The notes beneath the pieces were generated by a model that saw nothing but the letters and a program-made list of their open reading frames with translations, was not told the origin of the DNA and searched no databases. A stretch of DNA of 64,000 bases from Candidatus Scatomorpha gallistercoris. Its GTDB lineage: Bacteria > Bacillota > Clostridia > Oscillospirales > Oscillospiraceae. Position 1 is the stretch's first letter, and each line of letters opens with the position of its first letter. Made by a program: the position numbers and the translations under genes. The stretch spans positions 10,699 through 74,698 of the forward strand of contig DVFX01000015.1 of NCBI GenBank assembly GCA_018713005.1, written 5' to 3'. Positions 16,595-24,978 of the stretch are shown here, one piece after another.

Positions 16595-18268
16595 TCAGGT
16601 CTTGGCGAACCAGTTGATGAAGCCGTTTATGCTCAGCGTGTACTGGGACACGAGCTCGGACTCCCAGGCGTCGTAGTCGGGCTGGCGAAGGCCCTCGGGA
16701 GCGCCGGTGGAGCTCAGGCCGAACTGGGCCAGGCAGTCATGGTAAGTGTAGTCGTCTGTGCCGACGAAGTAGACCAGATGATAGCCGGTGTAGTTGGTGG
16801 ACTCGACGAAAATTATCTCGTTGTCGCCGGGCTGGCGGGAGCTGTCGAAAATCCAGTCGTTTATCGGGTCGACCATCTGGTTCATGGCGACGTGCTCATA
16901 GAGGCCGCCGGTGCTGGCGTAGGCGCTGGAGCCGTTGGAGCCGGTGTCGTCGCTGTGAGTGTTGGCCAGGTTGGAGAAGGCGTCCTCGGTCTCGCCGGCC
17001 TCGACCCACTGGTCATAGATGCTGTTGATTTCATCCTCGGCGGCCTGAAGCTCCTCTTCGGAGAATTCTCCGTCCTCATCCTCGTCAACGGCCTGAATCA
17101 GTATGTGGCGGAAGGAGACGCCGTTGTAGTCGGTGTTGTCGCTGCGGGAGTGGAAGACCACGACGTAGTAGCCGCTGCCGTCAACTTCGATGACGCCCAC
17201 GTCGCCCTCGGCGCGGTCGGCGCTCAGCACCCACTCGGAGAAGGTGTCGGCAAAGGTGCTGCTGATGTTGTAGCCAAAGACGTTGCTGAGCTCGTTTATC
17301 TCGGCGCCCTCGACCTCATCGGCGACGGTTTCGGCAAAGTCCGCGCCGCCCTCGACGGCCTCGGCGATGCGGTCGGCAATCTCCCTGGCGTCGGCCATGG
17401 TGGCGTCGGTGACCTCCTCATTGGTCTCCTCCTCGCCGTCTTCGTTGGTCGTGGTGACCTCCTCGCGCTCAGCGGAGACCAGGTAGTAGTCGAGGGTCAG
17501 CGCGTCAAAGGCGTCGGCGTTCTCGTCGTAGTAGGCGTTGAGCTCATCGGAGGTGTACTCGAAACTGTCGAATACATCCTGGGAGTAGTCCTCGGCGATG
17601 TACGCACGGGAGAGCAGGTTGCGGACAAGCTCGCTGTCCACGCCCTTGCCGTAGGTGGCGGCCAGATAGCCGTCGGCCCCGCGCAGATTGTAGTTCTCCG
17701 CCAGGGTGGCATAGGTGTCCATGGCGTCGTCAATAGCCTGGGAATCCTCCTCGGAGAGGGTGTAGCCCTCGTTGGTGGCGGCGTCGTACAGGGCGGTCAC
17801 CTGGACCATGTTTTCCAGGGCGGTCTCACGGAAATAGTCGTCCCAGGTGAAGGTCTCGGGCGCGTTGTCGCCGGATAGGGAGTCGGGCATGGTCACGTTC
17901 AGGGCGGTGAGCATGCCGGTGTTGACCTCCTGCTCATCTAGGGCGTTGTTCGTGTTGAGCCCGATGAAGGAGAGATAGCTCTGGTACTGGTAGGTGAAGT
18001 TGTTGTAAGCGGTGTTGTAGTAGTACTGGTACTCCGCGTTGGTGAACTTGTAGTCGCCGATGGTCATGGCAGTGGTGCCGGTGTACAGCAGGTTCGTGTT
18101 CAGCAGCACTATCAGCACGACAAACACCGCTATGATAACGCCGACTATAGTCCATGTCCGGCGTTCCTTCTTGGCCTTCTTCTCGGCCTCGCGTTCCGCC
18201 AGAGTCTTCGGACTGGTCCCCGCTTCACGTTCGGCCTGACGCCGCTTCTTGTCCTGTGATGCGCTCAT
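16595..18268 (-). CDS. Membrane-anchored parvulin-type peptidyl-prolyl isomerase (PrsA/SurA-like)
   Basis: A basic N terminus and one TM helix are followed by an acidic chaperone-like region. The PpiC domain runs VSFRHILI...GGLYEHVAMNQMVDPINDWIF...GYHLVYF. Confidence 0.8.
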   Translation of the reverse strand: MSASQDKKRRQAEREAGTSPKTLAEREAEKKAKKERRTWTIVGVIIAVFVVLIVLLNTNLLYTGTTAMTIGDYKFTNAEYQYYYNTAYNNFTYQYQSYLSFIGLNTNNALDEQEVNTGMLTALNVTMPDSLSGDNAPETFTWDDYFRETALENMVQVTALYDAATNEGYTLSEEDSQAIDDAMDTYATLAENYNLRGADGYLAATYGKGVDSELVRNLLSRAYIAEDYSQDVFDSFEYTSDELNAYYDENADAFDALTLDYYLVSAEREEVTTTNEDGEEETNEEVTDATMADAREIADRIAEAVEGGADFAETVADEVEGAEINELSNVFGYNISSTFADTFSEWVLSADRAEGDVGVIEVDGSGYYVVVFHSRSDNTDYNGVSFRHILIQAVDEDEDGEFSEEELQAAEDEINSIYDQWVEAGETEDAFSNLANTHSDDTGSNGSSAYASTGGLYEHVAMNQMVDPINDWIFDSSRQPGDNEIIFVESTNYTGYHLVYFVGTDDYTYHDCLAQFGLSSTGAPEGLRQPDYDAWESELVSQYTLSINGFINWFAKT

Positions 18269-18360
18269 GCGTGTTTCATCCTTTTCTGTGGGGCGCGTGC
18301 CTGGAAGGCTTCCGGGCGTATACGGTCCCCGTTTTGTATTTTCGCTTGTATAGCTTTGGT

Positions 18361-18389
18361 ATTATAACGCAAAGACGCGCCTGTTTCAA
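18361..18389 (-). promoter_or_regulatory. Sigma-A promoter for the PPIase operon (TTGAAA-17-TATAAT)
   Basis: Read on the minus strand it is TTGAAAcaggcgcgtctttgcgtTATAAT. Confidence 0.6.
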
Positions 18390-18429
18390 GGCATAAATGT
18401 AAATTAAACTTTTCTGCCGGGCACAGAGC

Positions 18430-18458
18430 TTGTGCCTGACCGCGTTTCATGGTAGAAT
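18430..18458 (+). promoter_or_regulatory. Sigma-A promoter for the NYN/LOTUS gene (TTGTGC-17-TAGAAT, extended TG)
   Basis: The sequence is TTGTGCctgaccgcgtttcatggTAGAAT, about 60 nt before ATG 18519. Confidence 0.5.
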
Positions 18459-18518
18459 ATAGCTCACAAGCATGTGAGAATAGCTAATCTACTATCGAAA
18501 GCAGTGATATATTTGCCA

Positions 18519-19355
18519 ATGGAAAACATGCGCCTCGCTGTTTTGATTGACGGCGACAACGCGCCGCGCGACTGCCTCAAGGGCATAATGGAGGAGATCG
18601 CAATCTACGGCACGCCCATGATAAAGCGCATATACGGCGACTGGGCCAGCCACGGCCTGAGCTCGTGGAAGACGACGCTGCTTGAAAACGCCGTCACGCC
18701 CAAGCAGCAGTTTGCATACACGACGGGTAAGAACGCCACGGACAGCGCCATGATAATCGACGCCATGGACATACTCTACACCGGCAAGACCGACGGTTAC
18801 GTCCTCGTCAGCTCGGACAGCGACTTCACGCCGCTGGCCATCCGCCTGCGCGAGAGCGGCATGTACGTCATCGGCATCGGCGAGGAAAAGACGCCGAAGG
18901 CCTTTGTCCAGGCCTGCGACAAGTTCATCCGCGTAGAGGTCATCCGCGACAAATACAAGAAGCCCGCCAAATCCGCAGGCAAGAGCGCGGCCAAGAGCGC
19001 GTCCGCGCGCAAGAGCACGGCCAAGGCGGCGGACAAGCCGGAGAAGGCCCCGGCGGCCAAGACGACGGCGAAAAAGGCGGCAGCCGCGCCTGCGGAGACC
19101 AAACCGCCCGTGCCGGAGGACATCATCAATCTCATCGCGGACTCGGTCGCGGATTTGGCGGACGACGACGGCTGGATAGACATGTCCAACCTCGGCAACC
19201 TCATTATAAAGAAGCAGCCGGACTTCGACCCTCGCACCTACGGCTTCGGCAAACTCTCGAACATGCTCAAGAACCTGGACCGCTTCGAACTCCAGGTGCG
19301 CGAGACCTCCGACCCCAACGTGCGTCCCATGTATGTCCGCGACGTCGAGGCGTAA
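18519..19355 (+). CDS. NYN (PIN-like, LabA/DUF88) domain protein with a C-terminal OST-HTH/LOTUS domain
   Basis: The NYN pattern is AVLIDGDN...IYGDW...KNATDSAMIIDAMD...VLVSSDSDFTPLAIRLRESG. A Lys/Ala-rich linker follows, then a LOTUS-like tail WIDMSNLGNLIIKKQPDFDPRTYGFGKLSNMLKNL. Confidence 0.85.
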   Translation: MENMRLAVLIDGDNAPRDCLKGIMEEIAIYGTPMIKRIYGDWASHGLSSWKTTLLENAVTPKQQFAYTTGKNATDSAMIIDAMDILYTGKTDGYVLVSSDSDFTPLAIRLRESGMYVIGIGEEKTPKAFVQACDKFIRVEVIRDKYKKPAKSAGKSAAKSASARKSTAKAADKPEKAPAAKTTAKKAAAAPAETKPPVPEDIINLIADSVADLADDDGWIDMSNLGNLIIKKQPDFDPRTYGFGKLSNMLKNLDRFELQVRETSDPNVRPMYVRDVEA

Positions 19356-19363
19356 GACAATTG

Positions 19364-19396
19364 AAAGCCCCTGTTTGCAGAAAACAGGGGCTTTTT
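19364..19396 (+). terminator. Rho-independent terminator
   Basis: The stem is AAAGCCCCTGTTT/AAACAGGGGCTTT with a following T tract. Confidence 0.75.
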
Positions 19397-19406
19397 CGCA
19401 TATTCC

Positions 19407-19435
19407 TGAAACCAAAACGCATTTTGCGCCGACTA
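19407..19435 (+). promoter_or_regulatory. Candidate ECF-type autoregulated promoter (TGAAAC-17-CGACTA)
   Basis: It matches the SigW-like TGAAAC...CGTA pattern. The same architecture recurs upstream of the second sigma gene. Confidence 0.45.
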
Positions 19436-19473
19436 TATAAGTGAAAGCGGCCGCTTGGAAAGAGGTGATGCGC

Positions 19474-20010
19474 ATGGATGAGAACACCGCGCTCGGGCTG
19501 TTGTGCTCGGGCGACGAAGCCGCGCTGGGCTGGTTTATAGACCGCTACACCGGCTACGTTACGACGATAATCAGAAATATGCTCCTGCCGCGCCTGCCGG
19601 AGACCGACGTGGACGAGGCCGTCGCAGATGTATTCATCGCGCTGTGGAAGAGCGCCGGACGCATAAGGCCCGGCGGGGCGCGCGCCTACCTGGCCGGAGT
19701 GGCCAGGAATAAGGCGCGAGACGCCCTGCGCGCAGCCCGCGCCGAGCTGCCGCTTGAGGACGACGCGCTGAGCATACCGGTGTCGGGACCGGACGAGGCC
19801 CTGACCGAGAGCGAGCTGCACGAGCGCACGCGCCGGGCGGTGGACGCCATGGGAGAGCCCGACCGGGAGATATTCCTGCGGCATTACTTCTACTGCCAGG
19901 GCGTGGCGGAGATTGCGCTGGCCCTGGACATGAACACCAACACCGTCAAGACCCGCCTCCGGCGCGGCCGGGAAAAGCTGCGCGAGGTGCTGACGAAGGG
20001 GGAAGCATAG
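19474..20010 (+). CDS. ECF-type RNA polymerase sigma-70 family factor (copy 1)
   Basis: Region 2 reads AALGWFIDRY...VADVFIALW and region 4 reads REIFLRHYFYCQGVAEIALALDMNTNTVKTRLRRGREKL. The start is at ATG 19474 after AAGAGGTG. Confidence 0.9.
   Translation: MDENTALGLLCSGDEAALGWFIDRYTGYVTTIIRNMLLPRLPETDVDEAVADVFIALWKSAGRIRPGGARAYLAGVARNKARDALRAARAELPLEDDALSIPVSGPDEALTESELHERTRRAVDAMGEPDREIFLRHYFYCQGVAEIALALDMNTNTVKTRLRRGREKLREVLTKGEA
19828..19883 (+). repeat. 56-nt tract identical to 21470-21525
   Basis: The sequence ACGCGCCGGGCGGTGGACGCCATGGGAGAGCCCGACCGGGAGATATTCCTGCGGCA is present in both sigma genes, whereas the flanking DNA is clearly diverged. Confidence 0.9.
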
Positions 20011-20011
20011 C

Positions 20012-20998
20012 ATGGACATAAAGATTTCCGACCTCCTTACAGCTGCGGGCGTGACCGGCCTGCCCGGCCGGACCGAAGGCAGCCCGGAGCGCGTGCGCGA
20101 GGCGGTCACGGCCAGACTCAAGGAGGAAAAGATGAATACAAAGAAACGGCCGAGCAGGCTCCTGCGCACGGTTCTCATAGCCGCAGCCGTCGCTGCCGCG
20201 CTGGCAGTGGCGGGGATAGCGTACAACATGAACTTCGGAGAGATGTCTGTAGGCAAGGAGCAGGAGAGCGTTTACCGTGCAGAGCCGCGGGACGTGATAG
20301 AGATTCCGCCGGCGGATTCGCCGGTCAGCCGGGCATTTGAGGAGCTCGACGACTTCAGGCGGGAGGTACAGTCAAAGCAGCCTGTCGGCTCGATAACGCA
20401 GGAAGAGCTCGAGCAGATTATGGAGGACAACGAGCGCATACGGCAGAAGTATTTTGAGCTTGCCGGGGAATATGGGCTGAAGCCGGGCAGAGAGGCGACC
20501 AGTGTTGATTCGGTTCAGGAGCTGGGCCGGAGCATTCACAACTCCCACATACTGCCGCCGGACGACCCGAGGGCGACCATAGCCTACGGGGCATACACGG
20601 ATATAGGCACTATAGAATACATCGGCGGATTCACGCTCCCCGGCGGCGGTGTGGCGGATTACGGAATCGGTACGGCGACCAAGGGCACGATGTCCAGGCT
20701 CGGTACGGCGATTTATCTCGACGAGCTGGAGGAGTGGGACTACACGACGGCAGACGGCACTAATGTCCTGCTTGGCATAGCCGAGAGAAAAAGCCTGTTG
20801 TACGTTGAGCTTGAACACTGTTACGTCCTCGCTGTGATTCGCGCCGGGTACGAGGGCGCGGACAGCGAAAGCGTTATATCCGAGTTCGACTGGAACCGGG
20901 GCGCCCACACGGCCATAACCCGCGACGACATCGAATACTTCGCGGACAACATAGACTTCGCAGCCATCGACGCCATTGCCGAGACAGGACAGAAGTAA
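20012..20998 (+). CDS. Putative single-pass anti-sigma factor or membrane protein (copy 1)
   Basis: It starts 1 nt after the sigma stop. It has a short cytoplasmic N terminus (ISDLLTAAG), a TM helix LLRTVLIAAAVAAALAVAGIAY and a large extracytoplasmic domain. I recognised no known domain. Confidence 0.55.
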   Translation: MDIKISDLLTAAGVTGLPGRTEGSPERVREAVTARLKEEKMNTKKRPSRLLRTVLIAAAVAAALAVAGIAYNMNFGEMSVGKEQESVYRAEPRDVIEIPPADSPVSRAFEELDDFRREVQSKQPVGSITQEELEQIMEDNERIRQKYFELAGEYGLKPGREATSVDSVQELGRSIHNSHILPPDDPRATIAYGAYTDIGTIEYIGGFTLPGGGVADYGIGTATKGTMSRLGTAIYLDELEEWDYTTADGTNVLLGIAERKSLLYVELEHCYVLAVIRAGYEGADSESVISEFDWNRGAHTAITRDDIEYFADNIDFAAIDAIAETGQK

Positions 20999-21004
20999 AC
21001 ACGC

Positions 21005-21033
21005 ATCCCCGCCCTTATGGGCGGGGATTTTTT
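21005..21033 (+). terminator. Rho-independent terminator
   Basis: The stem ATCCCCGCCC/GGGCGGGGAT is followed by TTTTTT. Confidence 0.8.
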
Positions 21034-21049
21034 GAAATTTCCGCCGGGG

Positions 21050-21078
21050 TGAAACCTTTTTGCGGTTTTATGCGTTAT
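21050..21078 (+). promoter_or_regulatory. Candidate ECF-type autoregulated promoter (TGAAAC-17-CGTTAT)
   Basis: It has the same TGAAAC -35 and CG-initial -10 as 19407-19435. Confidence 0.45.
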
Positions 21079-21115
21079 GATAAACAGAAAGGCAAAGAGA
21101 AGGGCGGTGACGCGT

Positions 21116-21655
21116 GTGGACGAAAGAGCGATGCTTGCGGCGCTGAAAGACGGCGACGAGGGCGCGCTGGGCTGGTTCATGGAGCGCTACGCGGGGTATG
21201 CGTACGCTATAATCGAGCGCATGCTTTTGCCGGGCCTGCCGCGCTCGGACGCGGAAGAGGCGCTGGCCGACGTCTTTATCTCGCTCTGGCGCAGCGCAAA
21301 GCAGGTGCCGGAGGGCGCGGTGCGCCCGTACATCGCGGCGATGGCCCGCAACCGCGCGCGTGACGCGCTGCGCGCCCGGCACGCGGAGCTGCCGCTGGAG
21401 GAAGCGGAGCTGGAGATACCGGGGCGCTCGCCGGAGCAGGCGCTGACCGAGAGCGAGACGCGGGAACGGACGCGCCGGGCGGTGGACGCCATGGGAGAGC
21501 CCGACCGGGAGATATTCCTGCGGCACTACTATTACTTCCAGAGCGTGGCGGACATAGCTCTCGCGCTGGACATGAATGTGAACACCGTAAAGACGCGGCT
21601 GCGCCGGGGCCGCGAGCGGCTGCGAAATGAGCTTGCGAGGGAGGAGACAACATGA
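21116..21655 (+). CDS. ECF-type RNA polymerase sigma-70 family factor (copy 2)
   Basis: It is a paralogue of 19474-20010 (GALGWFMERY..., REIFLRHYYYFQSVADIALALDMNVNTVKTRLRRGRERL). The start is at GTG 21116, by alignment with copy 1. Confidence 0.9.
   Translation: MDERAMLAALKDGDEGALGWFMERYAGYAYAIIERMLLPGLPRSDAEEALADVFISLWRSAKQVPEGAVRPYIAAMARNRARDALRARHAELPLEEAELEIPGRSPEQALTESETRERTRRAVDAMGEPDREIFLRHYYYFQSVADIALALDMNVNTVKTRLRRGRERLRNELAREETT
21470..21525 (+). repeat. 56-nt tract identical to 19828-19883
   Basis: See the partner repeat. Confidence 0.9.
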
Positions 21656-22950
21656 AATACTACATCCCGGACCTCCTGGACGCGTTCCCGCCCGACGCTA
21701 AAGAGGTCTCTGCGCCGGACATGGACAAACTCCGCGAGGACGTGGCGAAAAGGCTTGCGGCGGAGCGCCCGGCCCAAAAGCGCCCGCGGCGCTTCGGCAA
21801 GACGCTGCTCATAGCGGCGGCGGCAGCCGCGCTGCTGAGCGTGACCGCGCTGGCGGCAGCCTTCGGTGGCTTCGACTGGCTGCGCGACGAAGTGGAGCCC
21901 GAGTTCATCGACGCCGTCGAGCCGGTAGAGCAGAGCGTGACGGACGAGGGCATACGCTTCAGCGTCATCGCCGCGCAGAAATTTGAGGACACCGCACTCG
22001 TGTACTTCTCTATGACCGACGTCAACGGGCTGGGACGCATAACCGAAGAAAGCTCGCTCGTGCTGTCGGGGAATTTCATAAACAACAACGTCAGCCTGGT
22101 CTATTACGACGCAGACAAGCAGACGGCGGTATATGAGGGGCGGTTCGGGACGTTTGAAAGCATCGGCGTCACCGCGATATTCAACAACCAATACATGATT
22201 GAGCCCACGCAGATAGACGCGAACCTGCTGGACAAATACCTAAACGGAGAGCGCATAGGAGAATCGGAGTTCACAAATTTCCAGACCACACCGGACGAGT
22301 GGCTTACGCCAGGCTATGTCGCGGACATACCCGGCATGGACGGCGCATACGTCTCCGCTATAGGCGACAACGGCAGGCTGCTGGCGGTTCAGTATTGCAC
22401 GCCCATAGGCTACGACGGAGGAGCGTCAATTGACTACAGCACGGTGCTGGATTTATTCCTCATGGATGCGGATGGCAACCACATACAGCCGTACCTACCG
22501 TTCTATGTATCGAACCCTCACTTGGTAGAGGGAATGTGGACAGTAGAGCGGTATTTCAAGGTGGATGCTGAAACGCTCGCCGGGTGTACGCTCTGGTTTG
22601 AGGGCAGCACCTGCGAGACCGTCATAGACGGGGACTGGACGCTCGACCCGGAGGACATCCCCTCGGGCGATATTGTGCAGGTGACAGCCGACATAGTGAA
22701 CGACGGCGGCATATTCCACGACGCGGAGATAACGCTATCGCCCATTGGAATGGTCGTGGACTGGAAGGGCGAGGACATAAAAGAACGCCTGACGACGCCG
22801 GACACGGCCATATTAGAAACGAGCGGCGGAGAAATAAAAATCTGGCGCAACACCGGCAACTTGAACCGGTATCTGTCTCCCGCATCGCCCCTCGACCCCG
22901 CCGCCGTCACGGAGATACGCATCGGCGACACGGTGATAGAGCTAAACTAA
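21652..22950 (+). CDS. Putative anti-sigma factor, DUF4179-like extracytoplasmic domain (copy 2)
   Basis: It overlaps sigma 2 by ATGA. The N terminus IPDLLDAF parallels copy 1, and the TM helix is TLLIAAAAAALLSVTALAAAF. The segment SVTDEGIRFSVIAAQKFEDTALVYFSMTD resembles DUF4179-type anti-sigma ectodomains, judged from memory. Confidence 0.6.
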   Translation: MKYYIPDLLDAFPPDAKEVSAPDMDKLREDVAKRLAAERPAQKRPRRFGKTLLIAAAAAALLSVTALAAAFGGFDWLRDEVEPEFIDAVEPVEQSVTDEGIRFSVIAAQKFEDTALVYFSMTDVNGLGRITEESSLVLSGNFINNNVSLVYYDADKQTAVYEGRFGTFESIGVTAIFNNQYMIEPTQIDANLLDKYLNGERIGESEFTNFQTTPDEWLTPGYVADIPGMDGAYVSAIGDNGRLLAVQYCTPIGYDGGASIDYSTVLDLFLMDADGNHIQPYLPFYVSNPHLVEGMWTVERYFKVDAETLAGCTLWFEGSTCETVIDGDWTLDPEDIPSGDIVQVTADIVNDGGIFHDAEITLSPIGMVVDWKGEDIKERLTTPDTAILETSGGEIKIWRNTGNLNRYLSPASPLDPAAVTEIRIGDTVIELN

Positions 22951-22959
22951 TCTGAACGC

Positions 22960-22997
22960 AAAAATCCCCCGGCGGAGCCGGGGGATTTCGTTTTTTT
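22960..22997. terminator. Bidirectional rho-independent terminator between convergent genes
   Basis: The stem ATCCCCCGGC/GCCGGGGGAT is flanked by AAAAA and TTTTTTT. Confidence 0.8.
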
Positions 22998-22998
22998 A

Positions 22999-24978
22999 TC
23001 AGGTGAACAGGGAAACTATCTTGTCCCAGAGCTGGGCGAAGAAGCCCTGCGGCTCTTCGGCTGGCTGGTCTTCAACCGGTTCCTCGGGCGCGGAGATGCC
23101 GTCCGTGGAGATTACGAACTGCACGCTCGCGGTGTCCGTGTTGCGGTCGTCGAGGAAGCTGACAACTTCGCTCGAGCCGTCGGAGCTCTCGCCGTCCTCG
23201 CTTTCGGCGTCGTCGTCGCCGGTGCCGAGGAACTCGTCGAGCAGGTCGGGGATGCCCTGGGTCTGGCTGTTCAGGGCGTACATGCCGAAGGTGTAGGTGT
23301 CCATGCCCTCGCTGAGCTGGCTCACGCCGTCCGTGTAGGCCTTGAGGCCGTCGTTGAACTGCTCGTAATTGACGGCTAGCTCGGTCATGCCGGTCTGCAG
23401 CTCGGTGATGGCGGAAGTGTCGAAGTCCGTCATTTCCTCCAGGCCGGAGGAAATCTGGATGGCCATGGACATCATCTGATTGCTCATCTCGGTCATACCG
23501 GCGGCAATCTCGTCGAGTAGGCCGTTGAGCTCGCCCATACGGGTTATAATTTCCTGAATCGCAGCCAACGGATTGCCGGTGTCAATCGTGGCATCGCCAG
23601 TAGTACCGCCGTTACTGGAAGTGCCGGTACCGGTGTCTCCGCCCGTTAGACTTGAAATGATATTATTTGTTATATATTCGGCTGTTGCCGTTGCCGCAGC
23701 ATCATAAGATGGAGCAGAAAAAGTCTCATCAATTGTGCCACCGTTTGCCGTATATCCATCTCTATATGCTTGATTGTATGCACTGAGTAGCGCATCCTTA
23801 ATGGCATTGGTCAGTATCGAAGAGATTCCTGTCAGATCTCCCAAACCGCCGCCGGTGTTGCCCTCATCGCCGGTGTCGTCACCGCCTGTGCCGCCGCCCA
23901 TGAATCCACTCAGAGCCTCAGTAAGACCGGAGGCAATCAGCTTGTATCCAGAGGATATCTGTGAGACACCGCTGCCCATTTCGGCCATGTATGCCGCTAT
24001 GGTGCTCAGGCCGGCGGGCAGCTCGGCTAGCTGGTCCAGGCCGTCAGTCATGCTGCTCAAATCGTAGCCCTGCAGGCCGTCGGCTATCTGCTTGAGGGCG
24101 CTCTCTATCTGGTCGCTCGCGTCGGTGAGCGTGGCGCTGTTCTCGCCGAGGGTGGCCGCGCCGTCGTTGATGGCGGAGGCGCCGCCGGTGAGCTGGGTGA
24201 TGGCGCTCGAGAGCTGCTTCACGCCGCTTGTTATGGTGCTTATCTCGCCCATGTCCATGATGCTGTCCATGCTGTAGGGCACGGCGGCTATGGTGAAGCC
24301 GCCCATGGTGAAGTCATGCACCTTGGCGGAGAAGCCGATGTCGCCCTCGCCGCCGGGCAGGACCACGAAGGTTATCTGCTTGTCGCTGCCCGCGTTGGCG
24401 ACGGTGCCGTTGCGCGAGGTGATGTCCTCGCAGAGCTCGGCGTCGAGCGTTACGGATATCTGCAGCATGTAGTTCTCGGTGAAGTAGGGGTCGAAGCCGC
24501 TGTTGGTGGCGGTATGTATGCTGACCTCGAGGTCGCCGCTCTTGCCGCCGAGCTCGCCGGGCTCTATCTCCTGCCCGTCGAGGGTGTAGGTGATGTCAAT
24601 GTCCCAGGGCATCTTCGCGCTGCGCAGGGTGCCCTGATAGTAGTAGCGGCCAGCGGGCGCGGTGAGGCTGACAACGCCGCCGCGGTACTCAATCGGGCTC
24701 GTGTCCGTGAGGTTGGACACGGCGGTGTAGCGGCCGTAGTGCTCCACGGTGCCCTCCTCGTCGAGGGTCAGGGCGACTATGGCGTAGGCGTCCTGCGGGT
24801 CGCCGGAGGCGTCGAGACGAGCGTATATGACCTCTTCCGGGCCGTTCGCGGCGGAGCCGCTGTCCGGCGCGGGCGAAGCGCTGGGCGAGGGGGAGGCCTC
24901 GTCGGCCCAGGCGAAGGTGCCGAGGCACATGGCAAGGCAAAGTATTATGGACAGCAGTGCGGACAGTTTGCGTTTCAT
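22999..24978 (-). CDS. Exported protein with YhgE/Pip-like helical repeat region
   Basis: It has a signal peptide MKRKLSALLSIILCLAMCLGTFAWA and a beta-rich N-terminal domain. Long Leu/Gly-periodic helical repeats follow (QLSSAITQLTGGASAINDGAATL..., QLAELPAGLSTIAAYMAEMGSGVSQISSG...), as in YhgE/Pip proteins. There is no C-terminal TM helix. Its ATG overlaps the MMPL stop. Confidence 0.6.
   Translation of the reverse strand: MKRKLSALLSIILCLAMCLGTFAWADEASPSPSASPAPDSGSAANGPEEVIYARLDASGDPQDAYAIVALTLDEEGTVEHYGRYTAVSNLTDTSPIEYRGGVVSLTAPAGRYYYQGTLRSAKMPWDIDITYTLDGQEIEPGELGGKSGDLEVSIHTATNSGFDPYFTENYMLQISVTLDAELCEDITSRNGTVANAGSDKQITFVVLPGGEGDIGFSAKVHDFTMGGFTIAAVPYSMDSIMDMGEISTITSGVKQLSSAITQLTGGASAINDGAATLGENSATLTDASDQIESALKQIADGLQGYDLSSMTDGLDQLAELPAGLSTIAAYMAEMGSGVSQISSGYKLIASGLTEALSGFMGGGTGGDDTGDEGNTGGGLGDLTGISSILTNAIKDALLSAYNQAYRDGYTANGGTIDETFSAPSYDAAATATAEYITNNIISSLTGGDTGTGTSSNGGTTGDATIDTGNPLAAIQEIITRMGELNGLLDEIAAGMTEMSNQMMSMAIQISSGLEEMTDFDTSAITELQTGMTELAVNYEQFNDGLKAYTDGVSQLSEGMDTYTFGMYALNSQTQGIPDLLDEFLGTGDDDAESEDGESSDGSSEVVSFLDDRNTDTASVQFVISTDGISAPEEPVEDQPAEEPQGFFAQLWDKIVSLFT

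Noticed and set aside
15944-17878. A 644-aa plus-strand ORF lies opposite the thioesterase and PPIase genes. Similar long antisense ORFs include 32243-33619 (-), 36959-38374 (-), 39436-40749 (-), 43182-44438 (-), 48192-49268 (+), 51287-52492 (+), 56220-57371 (-), 18492-19487 (-) and 19267-20256 (-).
   Set aside because: All of them lie antisense to genes with unmistakable conserved products. Their translations are Gly/Ala/Val/Arg-rich low-complexity sequence typical of stop-poor frames in high-GC DNA, and none has a convincing RBS.
22999-24978. I considered a diversity-generating retroelement or phase-variable cassette as the explanation for the AT-rich patch in the YhgE-like gene.
   Set aside because: No reverse transcriptase, template repeat or invertible-repeat pair is present in the window. 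Only the compositional anomaly is reported.
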